Shown in pieces: positions 12,101-25,100 of a stretch of 64,000 nucleotides of DNA. The notes under the pieces are model-generated. The model saw nothing but the letters and a program-made list of their open reading frames with translations. It did not search any database and had not been told where the DNA came from. Position 1 is the first letter of the stretch; each line of letters starts with the position of its first letter. The stretch spans positions 744,001 to 808,000 of the forward strand of contig LSRY02000019.1 of the NCBI GenBank assembly GCA_001643675.2, written 5' to 3'. Made by a program: the position numbers and the translations under genes. This DNA comes from Monocercomonoides exilis PA203 (Eukaryota > Protista > Preaxostyla).

Positions 12101-15100
12101 CTCACACCTGGATTGAATGATCTGGTCAAAGGCAAGATATACCCAGCCAGACGAAGGAATACACTTAAGCCAGTTTCTGCTCCAAGTAATGCAACAAGAA
12201 ATGATGAATGCGCACCAGCTACAGCAGCTGCCTCTTCTTGAGTGAATCTCTTCCTCTGAGGAGCAGAAGAAGAAGCAGATGCTGAAAGCACGGCTGCCGA
12301 TGGTGCATCCATTTGTTCGTAGAGATCGCAAAGGCGTGTGACAATTTCCTTTTGCAGCTTTTCAGGCACAACTGGCTGCAGCCCAACAAGTTTTCTGAGC
12401 AGTCCAAGGCCAGAAACGAGGAGCTGTGATGAGACAGCGTCCTTCTCAGCAGGGTCTGTTGGGAGGAGGTAGTTGATGACTATCTTGATGTAATTGTCTC
12501 TGTCTCTCAGAATGAACTGCTGGCCAACACGTTGCGGAAGAATAGCACGACTCAGACAGTCCATTGCAGTGATTGCTGCCTGCTTGGCGAATGTGAGGTG
12601 CAGCAATGCGGCGTTGTCGTTGAGGCACTTGATGACATGTGCCTCGATTCTTGCCAGTGCAATCGATGGCGGTGCAGACAGAGCCACACGACCGAAGCAG
12701 AGGATGATGGTGGCACGCACATGCTCATCGATGACTGTCTTTGTGGAGAACATCGACTTCTCCTTCCGCACCATGTCGCCCCGCACGGCATAGTCCAGTC
12801 GCGAAAACACAGAGTCGCAGTGCATTGGATTCTTTGCAGTCAGCCCGTATCCTTCAGCCAGTGCCTGTCTGTGTGATTCTGCTGAGTGCACTGCGCGTGT
12901 GAACATGGTGTCAATCTGTGCTTGTGCCATGTCCTTTGCAGTTGTCTGCTGTGCTGACACACCAAGTAATCTGATCAGAATGCGACGCCCATTTGAACGG
13001 TTGAGAGGAGCCATTCCAAACTGAGGGGGAAGTTGGGGCTGCTGCTGGGATGAAGAAGAGCTGGAAGATGTGGGTACAAAAGGTGCTGTCTCACCAGCTG
13101 CCACAGGTGCGCCGGGTGTTCCGTATGTGGCGACAGATGGAAGAGAAGGATACAATCCAAAGTGCAGATTGAAGAAGTCAGCCAGCACGCTGATCCAGTC
13201 GTTGTCTTGTATTGTCTCCAGGATGTACGCAAACAGACCAGCCACTCTGTGCTCCCATTTTTCTGTCTGTGTTGCGTCTGGGCGAGGGCTACACTTCAGC
13301 ATCGCTGCTTCTTCTCGCTGGCTCACTCCACCGATGCCTCCTGAAAGTGATCCACTTGTGCGATCAAAATAGGCACCTGTCCAAAGTGTGGCTTGTCTTT
13401 TGTCTAAGTCTGTCTTCTTCTCTTCTTCTTCTTGCTGGCGTTTTCGTTCTTCCTCTTCCTCTTCCTCTTTCTTTCTCCTCTTTTCTGCTGCTTCCTCGTC
13501 TTCTTCCTCTTCTTCGTTTTCTTCGTTCTCTGCCTCCTCTTCTTCCTCCTCCAGCGCCTCTGCGTTGTCTATGGCCTCCTTCCAGAAGGCAGTGATGGCA
13601 GGCACTCTTTCGTCGACAATGTCTGCAAGTGAATAGTGAAGTGTCTGCGGAATCACTCGCAGCAAGGCGAGACACGGAACAGCAAAGTACCTTCCCATCT
13701 GCACATCTGACATCACTGTGATCAGCCTCAAAATGATCGAATGCGGCTTCGGCAGGTTCGCGTTGTTTCGGTCGTCGAAGTCGATCAGAATGTCTTCAGT
13801 TCCATTTTTCCTCTTTCGGCTGGCTGCCAAGCGAGCCACAGCAGCACAAATGACTGGAAGTGCGCCTGTGTATTGGACAGGGATGATGTACTCGAGAAGA
13901 TGCGGCCACAATTTCAGCTTCATTTCAGAGTGGTGCACAACCATCTCATACAGAACATCACAAGCAAATGTGGACAGCCCTTCAGCTGTTGGCAGTGGTT
14001 GGGTTGTCTAATTAATTAGATAGAAAACAGAAAAAAAAATTATTTTTGAAAGGATTTCATAGAAAGTGATAAATTCGAAAAGAATAACAATAAAATGTTA
14101 TATCAAATAGCAGTTAATGCAATTTTTTAAAAAAACACTTTATACCTTTTCTTTCTTCGGTTCCACAACTGGCTTCGGCAGTCCAACTTTGTCTTTCCCG
14201 CCTGCCTTCACGCCCGGCGGAGGCCTCTCTCTCCACTGCCTCGTAAATGCACCAGCTGCTAAAATGACTGCACCAACCAGCTTTTCCCACCCCGGCTCAT
14301 CCAAAAAGTTGTTCCTCGACAGCATCAGCACCAGCTGCACAATAGCAAACCGCACACACAACGAAGAATCTCCCAACACAGATGCAATTGATGCTATGAT
14401 CAGACCGCGCTTCAGCTCCAAATGGGCCGGAAGCACATTCAGAATGTGAGTGATAATGTTGATTGTCACGGCTCGTGCAAGGCCAGACGTCATCTCAATC
14501 TGCTTGATGAGGAAGTTGAGGACTTCTTCAATGTGATCCATAGCAATTGAGGCAAATGTGCCATACAGTTCAGATGACAATCTTTCTGAAGTTCCAAAGT
14601 CAATAGGGATTTTTGAGGGGTCGTTGATTGGCTGGACAAGAAAGCGTGATCGAGGATCCATCTGAGAAGAAGAGCCAGTAGCTTCCGCTTCATCCTCTTC
14701 TGCTCCGTTTCTGCAGCTTTGAGAATATCTCAACATGTTCGTATTGTTTCCATTCTCTTCTTCTTCAACGTCTTCCTCTGTTAACTCCTCCTCGCCTGTT
14801 GCAATTCTGTTCACAAACTCCTCCCACTTGTTCTGTTTTGGCGGGAAGATAAGGGCTGTTGAGTGAAGCGGGGGAAGGGCACAGATGACTGAATGAATCA
14901 ATGGCAGCAGCTGCGGAAGAGTCGGAGCCAAGTCGCGTGGGTTGAGATGCAATGATACCATCACCAGCGAATGGAGTGCAGACACTGATGCAATCTTGTC
15001 GGCCAATTGATCCTTCTTCACGTACGTCATCAGCAGAGTCAGCAGCCTCGGAAAGTGCGTGTGAAAGGCCTCTGCAGTCATCAGCCGCATCAGCTTGCCC

Positions 15101-16181
15101 ATCGACTCCACAACCACCAGGCGAAGCTTGTCCATCGTCAGCCAGTTGTTGATCATCACCGAGAACACTGTGTCTGATTCTCCATCAAATGCTGATGTTG
15201 GACGAGCCAATGGAAATCCATAAAGATTGAGCAGTGCCTCCGAAAACTCACCGCGTCCTGATTGGAGGAGATCGGCTTGAGAAGAACTGCTAGCAGACAA
15301 TGAAGAGGATGTCCCAAATCCTTCTGATTGTGCGCTTGTGCTTGCTCCTCCAAACTTCTTGGCTCGTCTATTTTGCTCCGTTTGTATCACGGCATCAGCA
15401 AACATTCCAAATGCAGCACTGAAAACCCATCGAAGATTATCCTGCTTGAGACTTGTCATAATCTGCATCATTCGAGAGAAAACATCTTTTAATTTCGTTA
15501 CCATAAATTCCGGATTCTTTTTGCAGAATTCAAATAGAGAGAAAATCACGAAATAGTGAGGGATATGCCCCGTTGGAAGACGATTTATAATTTGATCATA
15601 GCAAATCTCAGGAAATGACACTGTTAGAGAAATAAGAATTCTACAAGCTGTATGCTGCCAGTCTGTGTGAACTTCCTAAATATGTTAAATCAACATTTTA
15701 TTTTAAAATAATTTATTATTAAAAGGAATAAAATACTTTGTCTGAAGTCATTTCATTGGCTGCAAATCCAGCAAGTGTTGTTGCTAATTCTGCTTTAACT
15801 GTATGAAGATTTTCATTAAGTATTTGCTCAAGGATCTTCAATAGCGTAATTCTGTGGCTCATGGAAACCTATAAAATAATTATAAATAAAAAATTAAATC
15901 CCACATTAAAAAGGAAAATAGCAGTAATAAGAATAATGCAATCGCGGGATACAACATAATCAATAATGGCCATAAAGCAATAAAAAAAATTTTCATGCCT
16001 TGTTTGAAATTGTCCACATAATTGTTGTCATTGTCATTGTTGGCTTTTTCTTTCCCATCTCCATCAACGCCTCTTTTATTAACTTCTTTGAAGTAGCATT
16101 GGAATCATCAGCAGCGACAATCAAATCGTAAGTGATATGGTCCACAAGACCACCTGTCACAAGCCTTGTTATTTGGGTCAT
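9102..16181 (-). CDS. MROH1: Maestro HEAT-like repeat protein (MROH1/HEATR7A family), 5 exons, about 2215 aa
   Basis: Exons 16181-15999, 15868-15737, 15675-14146, 14007-10753 and 10649-9102 join in frame; all introns are phase 0. The N-terminus (HRITLLKIFEQIL...ANEMTSDK/EVHTDWQHTACRIL...RLPTGHIPHYFV...KQDNLRWVFSAAF) and LWPHLLEYIIPVQYTGAL...LPKPHSIILRL resemble MROH1. Confidence 0.88.
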
Positions 16182-16814
16182 AATTGCATAAATGGTTGAG
16201 ATCACAATGTTTTTTTTTTTGAAAGCATTTAACAAGAAATATTTCTTCATTTAGTTGATTTCACTTTTAATTTTGATGGCAATAAAGAATTCAGTGATTA
16301 TATTTGCAAGTTTTGAACTTTATATAAATATGATTTATAATTTTTAGATAAATTAATTGTAATTTGGAATATATTTTAATTTTTTTGTAAATACGAAAAT
16401 AGTATTTTAAATAAAATATTCTGTCAGAGTGCTTGATTTTTCAAATTTTCAAATCACTAAAAAATCAGTTTTCACCTTTCATAATTAATATTCAGTTAAT
16501 TTATTATTCAAAAATTTCACTCCAAAAATAATTCGAATTCGAAAGAGAATAAGACAATTTCGAAAAATAATATAACAATTTCAAAAATCATTTTTCATTG
16601 AAATATTTAATAGTTCCAGAATTGAGACTAATAAATTTATTTTGCAAAAAAGAAATATTTTTCAAATGTTGAAAAACGAAGTGTTTTGATGAGATAAAAG
16701 TTTAAAAAATAACCGAAACACACAAAATATACGTTCCACAAATCAAAAAAAAAAAAAAATTCATTTCGAAATTGAATTATTATTAGTGAATGTTTTTTTT
16801 TTCAGAATGAATTA

Positions 16815-17245
16815 CAGTCAAAACAGGATATTATCACATAAGTTTTGCACATCTTTTTGTGACCATATCCGATTGTGATAATATACAATGCCACATTACA
16901 TAGAAAAAAATAAAAAATTTTTTTGGAAATAATTTATTTTGCATCGATTTTTTTATTTTTGGAAATTCTGCACAAATACACTTTTTTCACTTGCTTGAAC
17001 AATTTTGAACACAAATACACATAATTTTGACATTTTTGAACACATTTTTGAAAAAGCGAAAAATTGAAAGTTTTGATCAAAAAATCGATTTTTCAATGAA
17101 AAAATCACCCATAACATGAAAAAATGTGATTATATATTTTCAGCCCTGTGATTACATGCAATGGAAAATGAATGAAAAACAAGCAAAAAATGTGACAATA
17201 AATGATGTTGATTTTATTCGATGTGATTATATCCGGTTTGAACTG
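16815..17245. mobile_element. Non-autonomous Tc1/mariner-pogo-type MITE, 431 bp, TA target-site duplication
   Basis: The left end reads TA|CAGTCAAAACAGGATATTATCACAT and the reverse complement of the right end reads TA|CAGTTCAAACCGGATATAATCACAT. The interior is AT-rich, has no ORF, and repeats TGTGA(T/C)(T/A)A motifs. Confidence 0.8.
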
Positions 17246-17339
17246 TATTGATTTCACTTTTTGCACGTATTATTTGAAGCCATTTTTTTTGGTTAAACAA
17301 TGACTTTCATTCACAAAATTCTTGAAAATAATTACAAAT

Positions 17340-17700
17340 TCAGATATTTCACAAATTACCTGACTTGATCAATTTCACAATAACTGCAAGAGGAATAATT
17401 CTGACAATTTTCCTCAAAATATATCTCATCAATACAAACTCAATTGATATGCAAAACTTTCAAAAAAGCTTCATTTGTCTCAGAAAAAATAATGATTGAA
17501 ATCCCAGAGAAATAGGATTTTGAGTTTCTCTGAGTTTTTAAAAATAATTTTCTCTGTGCACAAATGAAGCTATTTTGAAAGTCTCGTTTATCAATTGAGT
17601 TAGCATTGATGAGATATATTTTGAGGAAAATTGTCAGAATTATTCCTCTTGCAGTTATTGTGAAAACGATCTTGTCCGGTATTTTGTGCGATGTCCGGTA
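17340..17700. repeat. Long imperfect palindrome (foldback)
   Basis: 17373-17433 is a perfect reverse complement of 17605-17665. Diverged pairing continues inward to a short loop near 17513-17525 and weakly outward. Confidence 0.9.
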
Positions 17701-18085
17701 ATTAATGCGATAACTGTTTTTTTTTTTTTTCTTTGTGACCAACTGCAACAAAAAATAGCATGTCGTGTCGCACAGGTCTAATTTTAACACTTAATTTCAT
17801 ATTATACTCTTTGACAATTGCAAATCACAAATAATTTTTTCATAACAAACAAAAAATGATTTTATTAAGGTCGATTGATCGTTTTTCTCCAAATGTTAAA
17901 CCAAATAACCTCATAACTGCAAAAATATGACAAATCAACGGATTTATTTATTAAATCAAAAAATTTGTTCAAGCGCTTAAAAACGACTGTTATTGTTGCA
18001 GGAATAAAATGAAGCTGGAAAAATAATTGCATCAAGTTTAAATCACAAAAAATTAATACATTTTCCAAGTCATTTATTTAAGGAA

Positions 18086-18472
18086 ATGGTGTGCAATAAT
18101 TTAGTCAAAGTATTTCATTGTTAAATCATTGCTTCTTTGAATTTTTGAATTCAGCCTTTCACACATCCAAAGACAGTTGATGAATTTGATGCTGCAATGG
18201 AAAAAGCTGGTGACAAACTTGTTGTGATTGACTTCAGCGCAACTTGGTGCGGTCCATGCCAAAAAATAAAACCAGTGTTCGAGTCTCTTGCATCAAAATA
18301 CAATGATGTTACATTCTTATCTTGCGATGTCGATGAGTTATCTGATCTTGATGAAGTCGAAGATATAACAGGCGTTCCAACATTTCAGTTTGTCAAAAAG
18401 GGGAAGAAAGTTGGAGAGTTCTCTGGAGCTAACGAAGATAAGTTGGTGAGCATGGTTGATCAGTTAAAGTGA
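18086..18472 (+). CDS. TRX: Thioredoxin (WCGPC), 2 exons
   Basis: Motifs DFSATWCGPC and GVPTFQF. The model is ATG (18086-18088), intron GTGTGC...TTCAG (18089-18154), then exon 2 from 18155, giving MPFTHPKTVDEFDAAMEK... Confidence 0.93.
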
Positions 18473-18708
18473 GAATTGGCATTTCCTTGTAATTTATTAA
18501 ATTTTATCGTATTTTTTAATTTGTGCATAAATTTGAAAACTCAAAATATGTATGTATCTATCTATATATGTATATTCGTGTTTATATTTATATTTATTTG
18601 TTAAGGAAATTTTTTATAAATAAAACAAAAAAGAATGGCCAAAAAATCAATAAAAAATTCAAAACTTGAAACCAAAATGACTTATAAATTCAATTAAAAA
18701 CTTGCTTT

Positions 18709-21464
18709 TCATCCTTCAAAAACTCTCTTTAATTTATGTTGACTGTCATGAGGAGAAGTTTCATCCATTTCTTGAAACAATTGACTATTTTTCGCTCTTG
18801 TTGTTTGATTTTGATCGGATTCATCTTTTTCAGCTGAGTTATTTTCTTGATCTTTTTCTTTTTGGGACTCTTTTTGCATCAGCATCATTTTCTGCCTTCT
18901 TTTCAATTCTTCTTCTTCTTTTCTTTTTTTTTTCTTCTTCCCTATGCCTCGACATCATCAATGCGCACCAGGGATGGTTTAACGCTTCCTGGGCAGATAT
19001 TCTCTTCTTCACATCAACCTGAAGCATCTGCTTTATAAGATCCTTAGCTTCATCTGATACTTTTGTCCATTCGTCTGCAATAAACGGAATATTTCCACTC
19101 ATTATTTGCTCAAACAAGGGCTTTCTCGTCACTTGCTCAAAGTCTTCACTGAATGGTGGATGTTGTGTCAGTATCACACGGAGAAGAATCCCCAGTGACC
19201 ACACATCCAGTTTCAATATATCTTCCTTTGTGGGCTGTGCATCTGCCCCAGAAGATTGCGATGTAGGCGAAAGAGACGAGGAAGTCTGCAACTGATGCAT
19301 TGCTGCGACATCCTTTTTCTTGAACTTGTTTGCATGCTCAACTGCACCGTATGCACAATATATTTCCGTGCAATAAATTCAGGTGTTCTACAGAAAGCCA
19401 TTCCCGAGGTGATAATAAGCACCGATGGATGGTGATGCCCTTGGCTCATTTCCCCTTCTTTTGAATGCTCTGTGCTTTTTGTGTCTGAATATCGCTGTGT
19501 TTCTGACTGTGTTCTCACCCTCCTCTGGCTCCACAAAAAGTGCTATTCCGAAATCTGCAAGCTTTGCGATGAACCGCATCCGCTTCCCTGTGTCTGGATC
19601 GCGGTAAAGCAGCACTGGGGAAAATTGAGACGAGGGGAAGAAGAAGCTGGCCTTGGAGGAGACAACAGCAGAGAAGAGGTGTGTGTGCTGTCTTGTGCCT
19701 GTGAAGTCGCAGGATGCACCTGCGGCGAGAGGGACGGGGTGAGATTGGATGGAGACCCAGCTGCGATGGCTGTAAGTGTAGAGGGAGATAAAAGGAACGT
19801 GTTGGAGGCTGGTGATGTGGGTGACTGGGGAGAGCTGATTGCTGATTGCTGAAATGAGGTTGAAATAGAAGGCACAGAAGGCGATGATGTTGATGGTGAT
19901 CCTGTCAGTGCTGTCGAATGAAAAGGCGTTTGCAGTGTAAGTTTTGTCTTGTCTATCTCATCTTCTTTTTCTTTGTCCTCAAATGCTCTTTTTACATTCT
20001 TCATCGGAAATTCAGTGTCTATTGAGTAAACTGCTTGCTGACTGCGCTTCTGGTTCTTTCTTCTCTGCTTTCCTTATCATCCCCATCGATGCTTTCGTCT
20101 TCGTCAAAGTCATCGAGCGAGTCGTCGTCTGACGATAGTTCCTCGTCTTCAGCGACTTCTTCTTTTTTAAACAGAACATTGCCTGGCTTGATGTCGCGGT
20201 GGACAATCCCCTTCGAGTGGCAATAGGCCACAGCCGACAGGATTTGGTAGAATGTTGGAAAACAGACTGACTCCGTCAGCGCCTGTTGAGACAAAGGCTC
20301 GAGAAGGTCGTTCCCATTCAAACTGCATAGAAATGAATGATGAATATATGATAATATATATTATTAAATAATAATAATAATAATAATAATAATAATTTCT
20401 GCTTTTTGTAAATATCATAAAATACAAACTATTCCATAACAATGTAAGCTTTTTTATCTCCCTCCAATCCTTCTTCAACTTGCGTAATATTTGGATGTCC
20501 TCTTAAACACTTCATTACTTCATATTCAGCAAGAAAAGGTGAATTCTTTGAATCTTCATTATCATTTCGATCAAAATCTTGATTTTGTTCCAAACTATGA
20601 TCTTCCGTCTCTCGCTGATATCTAGGGTTCATCCTTGCCATTTGTCGGTATTTCTTTTTTTCCAATATTTTCACAGCATATGGTATTCCCGTAGTGTTTT
20701 TTAAATAGCAACTCAAACCTCGGCAAATGATTCTATTCCAAGTGATGACTGGGTAAGTACTTTGTAGTGAAGCAAGGATCAAAAGCTGATTGAAAAGATG
20801 GATAAAGAGAAGGCATCATTGAAAAAAGTTGACATTTAAAATAGTAGAATAATGGATCTATTCAAAACAAGCAAATTTAATAATATAAATATCGAGTTTT
20901 CATTTAAAATTCTCAAACATTTATCAGTTAAAGAATTTGGATTTGTAAGTGCAATGCTGTCTCCATCAGAAATGAGAGTATGATTTCCTTTTCCAATTTT
21001 TCTTCTATTAACATATGTTCCATTGGTACTTTTGCTATTTAATAAATTTGAATTGGTGAAATAATAACAAATATTTGCTTAAAATACCTCAAATCTTTGA
21101 GATAAATGTTATTTCCTTGTGTTTCTTCCATCATTAATGAAATTGTACAATGCAATCCACTCACTCTTGGATCCATTACATGAATCATACATGAGCTGCT
21201 TCGACCAATTGTAACTTCATTTTCAATTAAATCAGCTTTGCGTAAAATTGGATTAAGAGGCACTAATTGACCCCAAATTTTTCTATCTGGGGTTAGTGTG
21301 CATGATTCCTCATCTAGCCTTTGAGTTTCTGTTTTCGTAGTTCATGATGCATCAAACTGAGGAGAAGAATAATCCACCGGATTATTCATTTTTTGTTATG
21401 GGTTCTTCAATTCCAAAATAGTTTTCTCTGATCGAACTTTGTTGATCTCTGTTGTTGAGTTCAT
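18709..21464 (-). pseudogene. FHA-domain Ser/Thr kinase (Chk2/Rad53-like), disrupted, introns retained
   Basis: FHA motifs IGRSSSC, VSGLHC and STNGTYVN. Kinase motifs YAVKIL, HPNI, HRDIKPGN, LADFG, DVWSLG and RISAQEALNHPW. There are several in-frame stops (e.g. TGA 21342-21344; the Gly-loop region reads LGIESFAEV*VAI*K) and frameshifts between subdomains. Confidence 0.8.
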
Positions 21465-21876
21465 CAAATAATGAAAAAAACTTCTTCGGCACATGTTGTT
21501 TGAAGGGTCTTTTTGGTTTCTATCGTGATAAGAAGAAAGTCGATTTTTATTAAGATAAATACATATGATACAAATTTTTCATAAAACTGAATAAATATCT
21601 CATTTTTTTTTGAAAAGTTTATATTGTTCAATTTTAAGAAAAAAATGAAAATTGTTATTAAAAAATTGAGCAAAAGACAATTGATTTTTTAAAATTTGAA
21701 TGTATCTCCGATTTAATGATGAAGAAATGCTTTTATTTTCTAAGTTATTCCAGCTGTTTCTTTTTTAAAGCGATAAAATAAAAATTCTCTAGAATCTCTT
21801 TTCAAACTCTTTTCAACGAAAGAAGAATACATTTATTCGAACAAAAAATTCCTCTGTGATTTTCTCAGAAACTACA

Positions 21877-21880
<4 letters not shown>

Positions 21881-21917
<37 letters not shown>

Positions 21918-21921
21918 AAAA
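21881..21921. repeat. Poly(A) tract of about 40 nt
   Basis: Run of A with a single G. Confidence 0.9.
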
Positions 21922-22181
21922 CATTTACAGACTTCAATAGTTTATAAGAATTGTTTCAATTAACATCAAACAAAAAATTTTCAAACATTAAAATTGTCAA
22001 AGAACTTGTACGGAATAGAACTATACTATCCGAAATCTCAGACTTACAGAAAATTTCTCCAATAAATCAATGAATAAAGACTCATCCAAGCTATTAAAAG
22101 CAAAACATAATTAAACATTTTCATTTAATAAATATGTAATCAAAACACATAAAAAACTGACACTATAATCTATAAAATAAA

Positions 22182-25100
22182 TCACTCCTCAAGAAAAGGC
22201 TCTTGTGAATCTGAAGGAATATCAATCTGTTTTGTGGTTGTTCCGTAATCATAAATATTGCTTGAGATAGCTGTGTTTTCCTCTTTTATCCTCATCCACC
22301 CCTGAAAGTCTGAATTTATCGAACTTAAAAGGCTCTTCTTTTCTTCGTATTCAGTAAGCAGCATCTTCTTCCTCCATCGTCTTCGCACAAAAAGCAATGC
22401 CACTGCAAACCCAACACCAACAACTACAGCAGAAACAGCAATTATAATTATCATCATCGTATCGTCAACCACACCAGAATTATTTCCTTCGCTCACACGT
22501 AATGGAACTGTTGTCAAATCTTTGTTGAATGCACTCTCAGTTGAAAACTTCAGCACAACATACACATCTGATCCATCAGCACGCTCCATTGCATCAAGAG
22601 GAAATATCGCAGAAACTGCATTCTCGTTGCCACTGTTCAATTTATCTGCCACTGCAATTTCTACCAATTCGTCTGTAAATTTTCCTGCATTTGTCTGATT
22701 TGCGAGCAGCACCATCAAAAGATTACAGTTCAAAAGGTATTTTCCCTTCAGAGTCACTTCATATCTCTCTCCACTTTTCGCACTTGAAACATTTACAGGG
22801 TGAGGTGTAAACAAACTCGACATCATATCAGAGGGGAAGCCAACAAGCGAGCAATTGTCGTTTTCAATCCAGAAATTGTCCGGAAATTCCTCGTTGATTT
22901 CTTCTTCCCTTTGTTCATTTTGGGTTCTGAGACCTGATTTTATGCTTCTGACTTTGTATTCTAAATTTGTTGAGCTTCCAGCACCTTTTAAAAGCTCAAT
23001 AGTACCTTTATCATCATTTTCCTGTGCTTCTCCGATTTTGCATTTAATATTGTGAGCAACGCTCGGAAATGCCTCTAATTCAATAGAGTTCCCTTTCATT
23101 GACCCAACGTCAATCGATAAATAGCTGTTTTCAGAGTAAATAGCTCCCTCAAGCTTTGTTCTGAACGTTGTATTGCGCACATATGCTAAGCTATCAACAA
23201 AACTCAAAAAAGAACTGCTCCAAAAACAAATGTCATTTGCATCGTCTTTCTGCATATTATCAGTTGAAGAAGACACATTCACATACAAAAAGCTGCAACC
23301 TGCTATTTCAACATAGCTACATCTATTTGTAGCCAAAAAGAAGCCTTTTCCAGAGACATGCGAATTGAAGGAGACGCTTGTGTTAACGAACTTAAGAGGA
23401 ACATGAAGAGGAATCGAAGACTTCTCATCGTGCGAGGAAGTGTTCAGATTTGAATGAGAAGAAGACAACGCCTGATTATGTGAAGATATGTTTGAGGAGA
23501 AGGATGTTGTTGTAAAAAGTGAAGTGGATTCTGTGAAGCGGTTATGTGCACTGATTTTAAAAAAACTCTTTTCCTTCGTTGAAAATAAAATCAGCGATTT
23601 TTGATCATTTACAGTTATGTTATTTAAGCTGCATTCATTCAACTGCACATTCACTTTGCTTTCGTCGACCAGCTCGAAACAGTCAATGAAAAAAGATTCG
23701 CTTCTAAATTGAACTTTATTAAGATTCATCAAAGTACATAAGAGCGTTCCAGCTTCAATTTTGAATATAGTAGGAATGATCATTAATTCATTTAAAGATG
23801 AAATGGTACAGCGTTCAATTTCAAATGTTCCTTCATCATCAATAAGAAAGAGACAGCTCACAGGCAAATTGGCAGTGATCTTGATGTTCGTGTTATTCAT
23901 TCTGCAATTTCCTTTGATAACCACATGAACATCCATTTGTTCATTACATTTGCAAAGTTTTGATTTTTGTTTAATTCCCTGCCTTTTATTTACTTCCTGT
24001 TCGCTTTTTTCAAATAACAGCCCAGCTCTATCTGCTTCTCCTTCCACAGAAAGTGAATTCCACATAACAGAATTGAATATTGAAGGCTCTCCTACAATAT
24101 GAAGTGTGAGATGCTCATCTTTGTCTTCTTCTCCAAAGATTTGCATCTTTCGAATGAAATCTGGAATGCTCTGATAGGAATTTTGAACTTTCTGTGAAAT
24201 TGACGATGTTGGAGATGTCAAATGTGTCATCGCATAATTCACTGTGCGACAAGGATCGTCTTCGCTTCCACAGAAAAAGATGTCCCAACCACTTTCCTGC
24301 TTTTCATAGCCATCGTTTATACACTGTGAAAAATTGCTAGATGAATGTGAAGAAAAAGTTGAAGTTTGCTCAGTTCTACAGTTCTTCGCTAAGCTATCAT
24401 ATCCGCTAACATAAATAATTGAATTTCGATATGCAGCAAACTCAAGATAATCAACTATTTCCCCATCTTCTTCACTTTCTGCTACGATAGAATTTTGCTC
24501 CCTCCAAAGTGGATGATGGAAATTGATCCCAAATTTCTTCGATTCGTCTTTGTTAATGATGCTTGTGCATCTGAAGAAGATGTCATTTCCAGTATTTGCC
24601 TTGTTTTCGAACAAGCAAACGTCCTGGAACACAAAAGGAAACGTTGACAAATCGAATTCCAAATAGATTGCACCTCCTTTCGTTTCCTTCTCATGAAGTT
24701 GTGTGTCAAGACCATCATTGCAAAAGGTGCAATTTTTGAATAATAGCTCGGAACTCTCTTCAGCTTCATCGTCTTCAGAAGCTGTTGAAGAATCTTTTCC
24801 GTCACGCTTTTTCCCGCTCCAGTAAATACATCCGCCATAAGGCTCAAAATTATCGGGACTCATTAACCCACTTAATGATGAGTTGTGCAATTCGAGCTTT
24901 TGTCGAGGACTTTCTCTGCTTCGAAGAAGTCGTCCTCCCAAAATTTCTTCTGCGTTTCCAGAAGATTTCTCTGAATCAGTCAGATCATTCATTTTGATGA
25001 ACGACAAATTCGATATCAAGATGGTCTGTCTGTTCATCTGATCCATCCATTCCGTATCTTGAGACTTATCTGGAGAAATAGAGATCATGTCGTGTTTAAT

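Noticed and set aside
17440-17790. 116-aa ORF over the foldback
   Set aside because: AT-rich, non-ATG start and no motifs; it overlaps a palindrome.
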